A stretch of DNA of 64,000 bases, taken from Macrostomum lignano (taxonomy: Eukaryota). Below are positions 23,262 through 35,297 of this stretch, piece by piece. A program made the position numbers and the translations under genes. Under the pieces are notes generated by a model. The model did not search any database and was not told the origin of the DNA. It saw nothing but the letters and a program-made list of their open reading frames with translations. The stretch's first letter is position 1, and every line of letters begins with the position of its first letter. The stretch is from NCBI GenBank assembly GCA_002269645.1, contig NIVC01001688.1:185836-249835 (forward strand). The letters run 5' to 3'.

Positions 23262-24165
23262 TGACGTTTAAGGTTGTTAATGACCGGTCGGGCACCGCTC
23301 CATTTGCGCTCCCTCCCCTGCTCTGGCCGCTTTGTCCTCCGTGCACTCTCCCTCTGTCGCACCCCTCCCCCTCCGTCTCTCTGCCCCGCGCGCAGCCACC
23401 CCCACTCTGGTTTTAAAGGCTGCTCGCGTTGTTTTGGCTCGCCTTGTCTGCTTGGCCTTGTGTGAGTCAATTTTTCTTTTTATCTTCTTTTAAACTGATT
23501 CTAAGTTGCTCCGCCTGTCTTTAAGTTTATTGCCGATCGCCTGTTTAACTCGAAATACATCGTTTTATTATCCGACGTCTATGGGGCTCTTTTTGCTCGC
23601 CTGCGTGTCTCGTTCGCTCAAGTTCGCGTCTGTCTGCCTTCGTGCTCCGACCGTTGAATTAACGACCAACTGTGTTTTGATGTGTTTGTTCCTTATTACC
23701 AAGACTTTCTTACCAAGAGCAGAATCAGACAGCGAGTTCTCAGCTACTGATAGTGTTGAGCAGGATTTGCGTTACAATCTGCGCTACCCTGGCAAGTAAT
23801 CTGCGCATTTGCTCATGGGAAAGCGGCAGCTTAGAAAATTCCTTGCCGGAAAAGACAAGAAGACCCAGAGACGCGAGAAGCGTGACCCCGTGGATCCGTC
23901 TGTCTCCCGCATCAGGAACAGGTTCCTTGTCTTGACAATTAGGTCCGAATTTAACTTATTTTCTTTGAACAGTGGTCTCCCCTTGCACCTTGCACTTCAC
24001 AGCATATTTATTCGACATATTTATCAACTCATTATCCTGCCTTGCTAATTCGTTATCTTTATTTGTTCAATTTGGTATCAATGTTTTATTGAAAATTAAG
24101 TGGCATTATTGTGTGAAATTTAGGCCTAGATGGCCCCTTGATCATTCGCTGGTGGCGTGACATCA
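23262..24165 (+). mobile_element. Putative LTR
   Basis: Begins TGACGT after aggggg and ends ACATCA before a degenerate tRNA-Lys-like PBS (tgggccgcccaaagggac); GC-rich U3-like start; no TSD. Confidence 0.35.
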
Positions 24166-24383
24166 GAATGGGCCGCCCAAAGGGACCGATGAGTCAGCCC
24201 CGGTGTGCTCTTTGTCAGTCTGACCCCTCCCCGCGAGAGTGAGTTTTAGGCACAATGGGACCCGGCCGTCTTGCGCGCGCGCCAGCCCATTTTTAGAAAT
24301 GGGCCCCATGTCCCGCCAAGCGCCCTGGTCAGTTCTAAAGTTATTTTTTAATTAAGCCACCAGAAAAGCAAAATCAATATGAA

Positions 24384-25400
24384 GCCCTGTGTATTGTGGG
24401 ACAGTGAAATTCATTGCATAACTTGCGAGTCGCTTTAACAGGCGGTGAGCGTACACTCGATATTTTAATGCTTTAAATCAAAAATTTGTAAACGCTAACT
24501 GTTCCTAGAGTTTTAAACTTTGAGAGGAGAGACTTATATTGCTGGAAAGGTCTTGCAACGCTGAGTTCGGGGATATAACGCTGAGTTGTTTGCTTTAAAT
24601 ATGAGAACTAAAAGCTCTATATTGGGAAAACTATTTTCATACTTTTTGGGGTTCAATGGCGTTCGACCGACCCCCCAACAGTGGGGAGGGGTTCAATTTC
24701 TAACTGCCACTGCGTATTGGAAGCTAGGGGGTCGGTCGCTGTGTATTGGAGGGTTGATTTAGATTGCGCAATCTTTTTCCTATCTCTGTAGTGTATTTTC
24801 TCTCCAGTGGGGGGATGGGGGCGTTCTCAGTGGCTGCGTGTGTACACTTGGACCCTGGCTCACTGGCTGACTGTATAGATAATTGCGCAATGATATGGCT
24901 ACTGATAAGTTTTCCTGCCTCTCAATGGGCAGCCCTGTGTATTTGTTGGACATTGAAATTCAATGCATCAATTTGCAAGCAGGCAGTGAACGTACACTCG
25001 ATACTTCAATGCTATAAATCAGACAGTTTCAAACGCTAACTGCTCTTCGAGTTCTAAACTTTAAGAAAAGAGACTTATACTGCTGAAAAGATCTTGCAAC
25101 GCAGAGTTCGAGGATATAAATTGTTTGCTTTAAATATAAAGACTAAAAGCACAGCATAAAAAAACTATTTTCATACTTTTAGCTTTCTGCAAAGATTGTA
25201 CTCATTTTGGGGTTCAATGGGCGCGCGTTCGACCGACCCCCCAACAGTTGGGGGTTCAATTTCTAACTGCCACTGCGTATTGAAAAGGGGTCGGTCGCTG
25301 TGTACTGGAGGGTTGATTTAGATTGCGCAATCTTTTTGTTAACTTTAACTGAGACTGATACTGACTGACTGAGAAATCGGTTGCGCAATCAATGGATTCA
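24384..25400. mobile_element. Two tandem ~400-bp copies of an interspersed HINE-like repeat
   Basis: 24384-24778 and 24931-25335 align (gtacactcgata...gagacttata...cgaccgacccccc...gggggtcggtcg); the 25345 segment aactttaactgagactgatactgactg recurs at about 39420 and 59155. Confidence 0.7.
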
Positions 25401-25439
25401 ATTGGTTCAATTTTTTTTGAACACGCAGCTGTGTGTAGG

Positions 25440-25460
25440 CCTAACCCTAACCCTAAACCC
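25440..25460. repeat. Short (CCCTAA)n tract immediately 5' of the AlkB region
   Basis: cctaaccctaaccctaaaccc. Confidence 0.7.
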
Positions 25461-25464
25461 CTCG

Positions 25465-25830
25465 CTAGGGGGTTAGATCTCGCCCCTCTTGCTGAACCCC
25501 ACTTCACCCGTGGGAAACCCGAGCCCCGCCGCATCGTCTGGTACGGCCCACCCTATTCCTACTCCAACTCGCTCATCCCTGCCAACCTGGGCTGGCACCC
25601 TGCTGTGCTAAAGCACAAGCTCTGGGCTGAGGCGCATCTTCCCAATCTCCCCTCTTTCAATTCCTGCCTGGTCAACTTCTATGACCACGGCAACCACTCG
25701 TGCGGCTGGCACGCCGACAACGAGCCCCAGCTGGGATCCAACCCCACCATCATCTCCTCTTTCGGCGCCCGCCGCACCTTTGAGGTTGCTCCCAAAGGCG
25801 CCAACTCCCCCTGGTCTTCTCGCAGCTCCT
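25465..25830 (+). pseudogene. AlkB-family 2OG-Fe(II) dioxygenase domain (ALKBH2/3-like); C-terminal half degraded
   Basis: PRRIVWYGPPYSYS...WHPAV...FNSCLVNFYDHGNHSCGWHADNEPQLGSNPTIISSFGARRTFEV matches the ALKBH3 pattern PRLTAWYG..Y.YS...FNSLLCNLY...DSVDWHSDDE..LG..P.IASLSFGATRTFE, including HxD. Confidence 0.85.
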
Positions 25831-26088
25831 CCCCCATGGGAGGCTCCGGTGACCGTCCTGGCCCTCGGCGCCTCAACCTGGTCAGACGAGAGCAGCCTGG
25901 ACGACCACCTGAGCCAGGCCAATTCGATGCTGCCCACCGACCGAAGCTTCATCCTGTTGCTCGTCGGGACGACTGAGGACCAGCTGGCGGAGGCCAAGTC
26001 CAAAGTCTCCCTACCTCCCTACCGGCGCTGGGTGAGTGTGGCCGTACCCTCTGTCCCGGATATCCCCACCGCTCTTGTTCCTCATTAG

Positions 26089-26420
26089 GACTCACTGGCA
26101 AAACCTCGCTGCCAGAAGGGCCCCATAGGGCTCACCCAGAATCTGCTCGTTCTCCATCCCACCTTTTCACCTGTCCCCCCGACTCTCTCTCTCCTGCAGA
26201 AGGGGCTAAATTTTGTCCCCACAAACAACAAAATCTTTTTCCCTAGACTTCACCAAGACACCATCGAGTTCACCCGCCGTCTTCAATGGGCTGACTTCTT
26301 CCTGAACAAACCTCATCGCCCGAGCTCGGGCACCCTCCCACCCCTCTGTGGTCCCTCTGCTAGATTCCCCCCCGCCCAGCCATTCCTCAAGCCACCCTGG
26401 ACTTTTGCGAGGAACTCCCT
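26089..26420 (+). mobile_element. N-terminus of a Penelope-like element (PLE) ORF, truncated before the RT core
   Basis: TLSLLQKGLNFVPTN...LHQDTIEFTRRLQWADFF...PSARFPPP matches the PLE motif LL.KGL.F.PT...D...F.RRLR...FF...PS.W.PP. Confidence 0.75.
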
Positions 26421-26524
26421 CTCTAATGCTAATCTTCCCTTCACCCCATCTTTGCATCCCGCAATTCTCGTAACCTTCAAAGCTTCATCGCCCCCACTAA
26501 ACTAAAATCCCCCTCTCTGCCACT

Positions 26525-26690
26525 AACCTAAACCAACCCTAAACCCTAACCCTAACCCTAAACCTAACCCTAACCCAAACCCTAACCCCAACCCTAACCC
26601 TAACCCTATTCCTAAACCTATCCCTAACCCTAACTCTAATCCTAACCCTAACTCTCACCTTAACCCTAACCCTACCCCTTCCCTAAAACT
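26525..26690. repeat. Degenerate interstitial telomeric (CCCTAA)n array
   Basis: aaccctaaaccctaaccctaaccctaaacctaaccctaacc..., roughly 25 units. Confidence 0.9.
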
Positions 26691-26919
26691 AAACTAAAAA
26701 CACCCCCCTCCTCACTTCCATATCAATTCCCCCTTAACTCCCATCTCAATTCCCCCTTCACTCCATCATTTTTCCTTCATTCTCCCGCGTCCATTCGCCA
26801 TTCATTTAAAAAAATTCACCCACTTCCCAGGGGGGAGCCGCCCCCCGCCCCCCCCCCCGGCTGCTTCCCCCAACTCCTAATCAGGCCCTAATTTCGACCA
26901 CCACACTTACAACTAAACT

Positions 26920-27140
26920 AAACCCCCCTCCTCACTTCCATATCAATTCCCCCTTCACTCCCATCTCAATTCCCCCTTCACTCCCATCTCAATTCCCCCT
27001 TCACTCCTATCTCAATTCCCCTTTCAATCCCATCTCAATCCCCCCTTCACTCCCATCTCAATTCCCCCTTCACTCCCATCTCAATCCCCCCTTCACTCCC
27101 ATCTCAATCCCCCCTTCACTCCCATCTTAATTCCCCCTTC
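26920..27140. repeat. 23-bp minisatellite ctcccatctcaattcccccttca; its flank is duplicated from 26690-26765
   Basis: About 9 tandem units; the preceding ctaaactaaa...cccccctcctcacttccatatcaattcc segment occurs twice. Confidence 0.85.
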
Positions 27141-28099
27141 ACTCCCATTCGGCATTTCACCCCCTGCATTTCTTCTCCCGCGCCCAACCCCCCCCCTTGC
27201 TGTTGCCCTCGGCCGGAGCGTCCGGCACAAACATCGCTCTATCGCCGGCTCCACAACTCTGCCTCCGACCGGACCGCCTGACCACGCCCATGACCACTGA
27301 TTTTTTACCAACTCGAACTGTAACTTTTTATATTTACTCACCCGTGCATGCAGCTTTGTGCTCACAGAGTCTATACTTTTTACCGTATCCTCTTTGCGCT
27401 CACTACCTACATGTACTTTTTTTACTCCTATTCTCCCTCGCCTACTCCCCCCCCCTTCTCAATTTTCTCTTTGTCCCCAACTTCTATCCCTTAAGTCCTT
27501 TTAGCCCTAGTCCCATCTTTCCATTGTTTAAATTTACAAAACTCTATTCCCTTTAAGTCCCTACCCCAACTTCCTTCGTCTTCAATTTTTAATTCTAAAG
27601 TCCCTTTAGCCCTAAGCTAAAATTTCCATTCTTATTTTTTCCAAAACTTTATTCCCTCCAAGTCCCTACCCCAACTTTCATTGTCTCCAATTTCCAATTT
27701 TTAAGTCTCTCACTCCCTCTCCTATCTCACCAATGCACACCCTTTAGCCCCTCTAATTCCCTCACCCCGCCGCACACCACGTGCGCCTATCCTTGCCCTG
27801 CATTTCCTCTCAATCTCGCTAATTCCCACCCCCCGATTTTCCTTCTTAAGTCCCTGCCTCCTCTGCGCCAGTCTCACTGGCATGTCGCCCATATTTCTCC
27901 CATACTTTCTCTCTCCTGCTCCTTCTCCCTCAGCCACTCCCGACCCCAACTTTTTCTCTTCTGCGCTCTCATTCGCTCCCTGTACCCCATGCGCGCTCCC
28001 ATTGGCTGTAACCTCCCCTCAGCTTTTCTATTTATTAAATATACCAGACCCAACTTAGGACTCTTTACTAACTAATTATTGCTCTTGAAAAAGGACAAT

Positions 28100-29080
28100 C
28101 CATCCGAAACGCGTCGAGCCAGCTGGGCTCTTCCGGACGAAGGTCACCAGGTTAGTACCGATGATGGCGGCGCTGCCTCCTGGCCCTGTGCCGTCAGCAA
28201 CGGAGCCGTCCGTCCAAATGCTGATGTCTGCTTCAGGTAGGGCCTCCAGGGTGTCGCGGGCGGCTGCGTTCCGGTCGGCGGACGGGTCCGATTTGCTGCA
28301 CCTCGAGGCTGCCTCCAGACAGAACCGGATTCTGTCCGTGTGTGCCTCCCAGAAAGCGATACCGGGACTACATATGTCGTCTCTGATGTACTGGTCGAGC
28401 TCGACGCTGGCTGGCATCTCTAGTGCCGCTCGGCGCCAGCAGTTGCGGAACGGGCGCCTAGTGTCTCTGAGGTCGATGTGGGGCGTGTCAATTTGGGCGT
28501 CCGTTGTCGTTGGTCTCCTCTGCCCGGCCTCGTAGGTGCGGTTCTTCAGCCTCGGGCGCGTGCTCCTGGTAGCAGGTTCGTATGCTGCTGCGCCTGGGCC
28601 CAATCTCAGGATCCTTTCCCGGAGGCGGGCGGCTCTTTCGGAGGCGACGTGGCTGACCGGTGGGAGCTCGGCAAGACGGAGGACGCTTCGCGTGTCCGAA
28701 GGTAGGATGCAGCCTGTGATGATCCTGGCGCAGGCAGCCTGCTGGCGCTCGATGGAGTGCCTTGTTGAGGGGGCGGCCCCGCAGAGCCAGGTGCCCGCGG
28801 CGTAGTCGGCGACAGCCCTGACAGTGCTGACGTAGGCGGCTCTCAGCGTATGGTGGTCGGCTCCGGTGCTGCGGTTGGCTAGCGCCGCAAGCGGGCGGCG
28901 CCGTGCGCACATACGAGCGCGGACGTCGGCCCCCTGTTTGTTGAATGCGAGCTGGTCGTCGAGGCGCACTCCCAGGTAGCGTGGCGCTGGGTCATGGGCC
29001 AGCGGTTGGCCACCGATGGTGAGGCTGACCTTCTACTTTCCGTTGGTTAACTTGGGGTCCAGGGTGAAGGTTCCGTAGAC
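28100..29080 (-). mobile_element. Ingi/I-group non-LTR retrotransposon fragment (RT thumb, connection and start of RNase H)
   Basis: PRYLGVRLDDQLAF...LRAAYVSTVRAVADYAAGTW...QQAACARIITG...ISIWTDGSVADGTGPGGSAAII. Confidence 0.88.
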
Positions 29081-30269
29081 GCATTTCGCAGACATGCGAA
29101 ACTGTTGCTGTTGCTGTTGCTGCTGCAATTGGCGGGCGGCGGCCTTCATGGCGATGCAGCTGGCAACGTGGTGGCGGCCTCCGCAGAAGAAACAAACGAC
29201 TGGCAATTGAAAGAGGGGGAAGTTTTCGCAAATTTATAAGTAATAAAATAGCATGGAAGTCAGTAACAGGTTACAATTAGGTAAAATTTAAGACTACTCG
29301 AATGTACTCAAAGCTCAAGATTTGCAGTGTCTTGGGATGGTACTCACTGCTTTTTCCACGTGGGCCGCCCCTGCCGAGCTGACCGCCGCTGCGCCTACCG
29401 CCGCCGCCGCGCCGACCGCCACCGAATATTTGAGTTATATGCATTAGCAGTCTAAATTAGCAGTCTAAATATATCAATATACTTAATGAGTGTATTTTTT
29501 GTATATATAAGCACTGAAACTGAGGTGTAGGGGCGAAAAAAATAGGGGTTATGGGTTGTGAGTCGTCGCTTCAGCAGTTGTCGCATCAGTTTGCTGTTGA
29601 GAGTGTGGCTTCGCTGAGCCTTAGGGTGGTTTTCTGTGGCTTCCTATTGGTCGGTTGTGCAGGCGAGGGTGTGCAGTTCGGGGCTTTAGATCGGCGATTG
29701 GTCTACAAATTTTCTAGCGTACTGGTGGCCATGCAGCCTGACTTGAGGAGGGTCGCCTGTTTTTCTTTCCCGGCTTAGAAGGTGCGAAAATGGCTCAACT
29801 AGTCAGCCGCGCCATACAAGTTTTGTTTGTGCAGTGAAGTACACGCGGCCGCAAACTCTTAAAGTATTGCCTACACTTGCTGAGTCAGTCGGTGAGAATT
29901 GTGTCACCATAAAACGAGATAGCAAACAAACAAAAGGATTAGGTGAGAAAAGTGAGGAGACCTTAGCGTACAGCAGAGGGTGCAGTGTGTGCTTTAATGC
30001 TGGGCACTGGAGTGATTGGAGTGGGTTGTGTGTCCAGCCAATTAGATTGTGTAATAAAGTAAAAATGAATGCAAAATTGAGTACAATGTACTGGGCTGGA
30101 GGGGAGGTGGTGTTTTTTTCGTGGCTAATTTTATTTCTACATATATAGTTTGTGATTTGTTGAGCCAATTTTGTTGTCTTACAGTTAAAGCTTATCATTG
30201 CTTAGAAAAAGTTTGATTGATACTTTTTATCAGTTCTTTTTTCAATTGTTCAATAATTTTTTGTGCAAA

Positions 30270-31807
30270 ATGGCCTCTTATTCAGAGTCACCTTTGAAAA
30301 AGAAGTCGAAGAAGGATGGGATTGCCGGTCTGACAGTTGGTCAAATGCCTACGCCTGTCACTGGCCTTGTGACGAACCTGAAAAACGTTCACACGTATAA
30401 TAACAACAAAGGTCAGGGCCAAGTGTTTTCGTTCATCTTGGTGGACGACTCATCTGAGATGCGAGTTAGCGTCTTCGGTAAGGATTTGCAAGCTGTCTGG
30501 GAAGTATGCAACGATGCTGAAGCCGTTCGCATATCCGGCGGGATGGTGAAGACTGCCAAGCCGGAGTACAAGTGTACGGACAATCCACTTGAGATGACCG
30601 TTTCCGTGGATTCCAAGGCCCAAGGGCTTTATCTATAGAAGCAACGAAGTGCCGGTTGCTCGAGATCCAGTAATTAATTACACTAGCATTAATCAACTGC
30701 AACAGACTGGATTGGACAGGTGAGTGACTAATTGATTTAGTAGTTTTCGTCATGTATTAGTGCTCAAATATCGCGGAGTGAAAGTACATGTAATCATGTT
30801 TTTGGGTGACAGTTAGTTTGTCTTGTGTTTGAAAATATTTATCATCGCAACACTGTACGAAGCCTGGGTTATTAGCTTCATGATGCTCCTGTTAGTGTAC
30901 AAATCGAAATCTAATGTGATGCTTAAGTTCGTGTGCAAATAGTTAAAAAAAGTATTGGTCCCTTTCATTATCAGAATCGTCGATGTGCTTGGAGTGATCG
31001 ACGCCAGGCAACCGTCTGAAGAAGTACAAACGCGTGCTGGGAAAAAGGTTAACGTAGCCCAAGTGACTTTGGTTGACCGAACCTTCGGCTCTGTAAGCTG
31101 CACGTTTAGGGGTTCGTCCTCAGCTCAAGTGGACAGGTGGAACATCGGCGATGTTTTGTCCATAAGAAGAGCAAAGGTGCAGGAGTATTCGGGCTCCGTC
31201 ACGTTGGGATGCTCGAACTCTGACGTAAAATGCAACAGTGACGATGGTGAAGCCAGAGTCTTGGCTGACTGGTATAGGAATGCAAAGGAAGGCGATACCC
31301 GGTTTGAACCTGTGCCTGCTCCAGTGCCTACTCCAGGACTTGGTGCTGATGAGATTGGAGACGAAAGTGTGATCACCATTCGGGAGCCTGCTGCCTTGTT
31401 TGAGTTTTATGACAAACACTCGAAGGAAATTGTGAGGGACTTCGGAAATGGCAAAAAGGTGAGTGATTTTCTACAAATTTAGTTGATTATTAAATATAAT
31501 AAAGTTTGTTAGGTTACCAGGTTAGACAGGTGTTCAGTTAAGCTATTTATTTTGAAAATCGCAAATTGAATAGCAAAGAGAACAGTACTTATTGTGTTGC
31601 TTTTATGTATTCATGCTTAATAGGACTTTTTTGTCACACATATTTTATATCCTTATAAGTTTTTTCTTCTCGCAGATTCGATACAGACGAGTGTCGACGG
31701 GTGATGACCGGAGTCAGTTTCACCGCAGTGGAGGTGTCGACAGTCAGGATGAGTCGAGCAGAATGTCGTTCGATGATCACAGCGTACAGAACAGCACTTC
31801 GTATCAG
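30270..31807 (+). pseudogene. RPA70-like ssDNA-binding protein with two OB folds; three exons, one frameshift
   Basis: Exon 1 30270-30719 (VTGLVTN...GQGQVFSFILVDDSSEMRVSVF, DBD-A-like; frameshift near 30620; donor GTGAGT at 30720); exon 2 30975-31458 (IVDVLGVI...VTLVDRT...LSIRRAKVQEYSG...ARVLADWY, DBD-B-like; donor at 31459); possible exon 3 from 31676. Confidence 0.85.
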
Positions 31808-32039
31808 TGAGTTGCCACAGTTGGCGCGTGCCACTTTTTTGACCCGAGCGTCTGATGGCTGAGAGTGAAATCAAAGTCGCGTAGAGTCTCAATGAACTGA
31901 TAGCCCTGAGAGAGTGCATTGAGTTAATCCTATTCACGAGGAATGTTTCATAAGTTCCTCCTTATACTCATAGGAAATAAATATAACAGTAATTAAAGTA
32001 GAAATTACACAATAAATACAGTCTTTTAACAGACAATGA

Positions 32040-32440
32040 TGCAATCCCTAAACAGGCAATACAGCCTCTAAACAGACAATACAGTCTCTAAACAGACAAT
32101 ACAGCCTCTAAGCAGACAATACAGTCTCTAAGCAGACAATACAGTCTCTAAACAGACAATACAGCCTCTAAGCAGACAATACAGTCTCTAAACAGACAAT
32201 ACAGCCTCTAAGCAGACAATACAGTCTCTAAGCAGACAATACAGTCTCTAAACAGACAATACAGCCTCTAAGCAGACAATACAGTCTCTAAACAGACAAT
32301 ACAGCCTCTAAGCAGACAATACAGTCTCTAAGCAGACAATACAGTCTCTAAACAGACAATACAGCCTCTAAGCAGACAATACAGTCTCTAAACAGACAAT
32401 ACAGCCTCTAAACAGACAATACAGTCTCTAAACAGACAAA
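32040..32440. repeat. 20-bp minisatellite agacaatacag(t/c)ctctaa(a/g)c
   Basis: About 20 tandem units in alternating variants. Confidence 0.95.
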
Positions 32441-34334
32441 AAACAGTCACTAATACAGTCGCTGAACAGACCATAAAATACAGTCAGTAAACAGAAATAG
32501 TACAGGTATAAGCAGGTCAAACATGTATGTATAATTGGAATCTATGAAGCAGCCCTCATTGAGAGTAGGTTGACTGCATCTTAACTGGGCTAAAAGAGTT
32601 TGTGAATGGTGTATAGGAGCTGCTCTATATACCCTGTGGTTCCAGACTCTAAAAGGAGCATTTGCAGTCAAGCTCTGTAGCAGCCTTAAGCAGAGCGGAG
32701 CGACTTAATGTTTGGTTTGAGAATGAATGTCTCTACATTTGCTTACACCCAATGCATGCAATTGAGCAGTGACGCGAGTCGGCAGGTAGTCAGGATGGCA
32801 TAGACATGTACATTTTGTACCGCTAAACCTATACTGGCTGCTTGTCGATGGCACCATCTGCTGAAGCGACAGTCGATCTTTTTGTTAATTAATTATTACA
32901 TTATTTTAAATTTTCACCCTGCTATTAGCAGGAGAAGATCATATTATATCATTTGAATAAATACATGTGTTTGTTTAACTATTGTTTCAATTTTTGAACG
33001 TCAATTTTCGGTTGTTTAAAATTTAATTAAAAGCTCGTACCTTTGTTTGTTCTAGCTCGTAACAGTACAGTTGAACAGTACTGCTACTTTGTACATGTAC
33101 TGTGTATAATAATCGTGAAACTAACAGAAATGTTTAATAGTTCGGCGAATTTATTCACGCAGTTTCGTATCATCCTACACTTAAAGTATGCAAGTATTAA
33201 ATGGTACGTGTATATGCACGTTCTTTGTAGTGATGTGCTACGTCGGAAAAAAATAAAGCTTCAAATATTTCATGTCACTGAGAATATTCTGTTCACAAAA
33301 ATTTGGTGCATAAGCGCTTCACAAACTTATGCAAATGTCAGGCTGCAGGGTTAGTGTTAGGGTTGGTGTTAGGGTCAGCGTCACCTGCTGGAACTCTTTC
33401 GGAAAGCCCTTGCTGCATTTGCCATTCTCCATGCAAGGGCACGCCGGATTCTCCTTTCCGCAGGGGCCATGGATCATGTGCGTCTTCACCAGCTCATACA
33501 GCACAGGCTGCTGCTGTGGGTCCGGAATCTCGGCAGACATGATGTCATCGTATCGGTCCGGAGTCACCCGCTGGCCGCTCGCGAGCCACAGTAGAAAGTG
33601 CACATGGGGGAGACCTGGATTATCAAGAAAAGTATCAAGACATCTTTCAGTCCAATTATCCGATCCGTATCGCATTTGCATCATACAAACCCACCTATAT
33701 TTAGTGGGTTGTCACCCACCTATATTTAGTGGGTCGCCACCACGCATCTTTATAACGATATAACGATATAAGTTTCATAAAACTTAATACTGAGACTTGT
33801 ACTCACCACGCTTTTGGTACTCTAGCGAGCAGACGTGCGCGGCCTCTTTCCCATAGCGCTTCGTTAGCTGGGCTAGCAGAGCTTTCTTCTTCATTTCAAA
33901 GACTCGGCTAACAATGTCCGGTCGGTGTTCAGCCCGCTGTCCAGGCAGCAGCTGGGCGCTGATCTCAGGCCAATTCGGATTGCATGTTGCCGTGACAAAC
34001 AGGTCCGGCTTACCGAACTTGTGAACATAGGTCATAGCGTCCTGAAGCCTCTCCATCAGGTACCTTGGCCCGCCAACGAAGCTTGAGGACAAAAGCACAT
34101 GTGCGGGCTTGCCTATGTCACTCGGATCTCTGTCGGTAGACCTGCCATCAGCTGCAAACAGAGCGTCCCGCAGACCGCTATACGTCTCGCTGCGCAGGTC
34201 TTGCTGATGGATCCGCAAATACAGCAGCCTCTCTGCCTCAATCTTGGCACACATGTCCACCAGGTACTGCTGAAATAATCTTCGGCCATAGTGCAGCACA
34301 CTGAACTGGCCCACTCGCACCATGATTTCGCTCG

Positions 34335-35297
34335 TGTTGTACCTGTGCTTCTCCTGCTGTCTAGCACGGTGGTTTGGGCTCTCCGTCTTCTCACTCGGAA
34401 GCCTTCTTAACTCTCTCAGTAGCGTAGGTAGTGCTGCCACCAGTTCCTTCAGGTCTCGGCCTTCGGTGAGGTGAGCTTCCCGTCGGAACGAAATAATGAA
34501 GTCAACGAACACAGCACGACGTGCAGATTTGCAGCTCAACGTATAAGGCGTCTCGTCAGCAGCACCTGCCGGGCTTGGAGGGTACAGGGAGGGCTGAGTT
34601 AGCCTCTCTTAGGCTTGGGGTGTGCTTTAGTAGGGTCTCAGTCAGACCAATAAGAACAGGTTTAATAAACGCAGTCGGGCGCTCAGTTCAGACGCTAACG
34701 CACACAGGTCTTAGAACTCGGGAATCAAGAACTGACACTAAGCAGAAACTCCTTGACGGAAACAAGGGGGAGGGGGGTCCTATTTATAGCCGGGAAACAC
34801 CCGCGCACAAGACCTCGTGACTTGTTCTATTTTTAGAACTGACGTCACTCGAGAGTCTCGGGCAGGGTACAAGCGCGCGGAAGACCTCGTGACTTGTTCT
34901 ATTTTTAGAACTGACGTCACTTGAGAGTCCCCCGGCAGAGTGCACATGGCTGTGACTCAGTTGCTATTTTTAGCAACATGAGTCACTCCTCTCCTTAGAG
35001 AAGGGAGGGGTCCGAAAGCATGTGACTCACCCGGTAAACAGGGCCAACGAACGCAAGAACTGTCATGTGACTTGCTCACATGACAGAGGAAAACAGGACG
35101 GAAGCGAAACAGAGACAGCCCACAGTCGAGAGACTGAAGGCTAAGAACGGAGACGCAGCAGGGCGGAAAGGGACACGGGGGCAACAGGCAACGAAAGGGG
35201 GGCGGGAAGCTGACCAGCGGCAGACAGCAACCCAAAGGGAGGGCAAGGGAGCGGCTGACAAGGGCGACGCCTAAAAATAAACTAGCGGCTCACTACA
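34335..35297 (-). mobile_element. 963-bp solo LTR inserted in the Helitron B coding sequence
   Basis: TG...CA termini; 4-bp TSD CTCG at 34331-34334 and 35298-35301; removing it restores KYYASEIMV; minus-strand TATA (ctataaatagg) near 34785. Confidence 0.9.

Noticed and set aside
27290-27400. Possible GIY-YIG start (NSNCNFLYLLT) downstream of the PLE fragment
   Set aside because: Too short, lacks the YIG/R/E residues, and lies in low-complexity pyrimidine-rich DNA
29526-29818. Short TGTA...TACA segment as a solo LTR
   Set aside because: No TSD, no second copy, and a 4-bp terminal match is expected by chance
34335-34539. N-terminal part of ORF 33784..34539 as Helitron protein
   Set aside because: It is read-through from the solo LTR; Helitron homology starts only after the TSD at 34334
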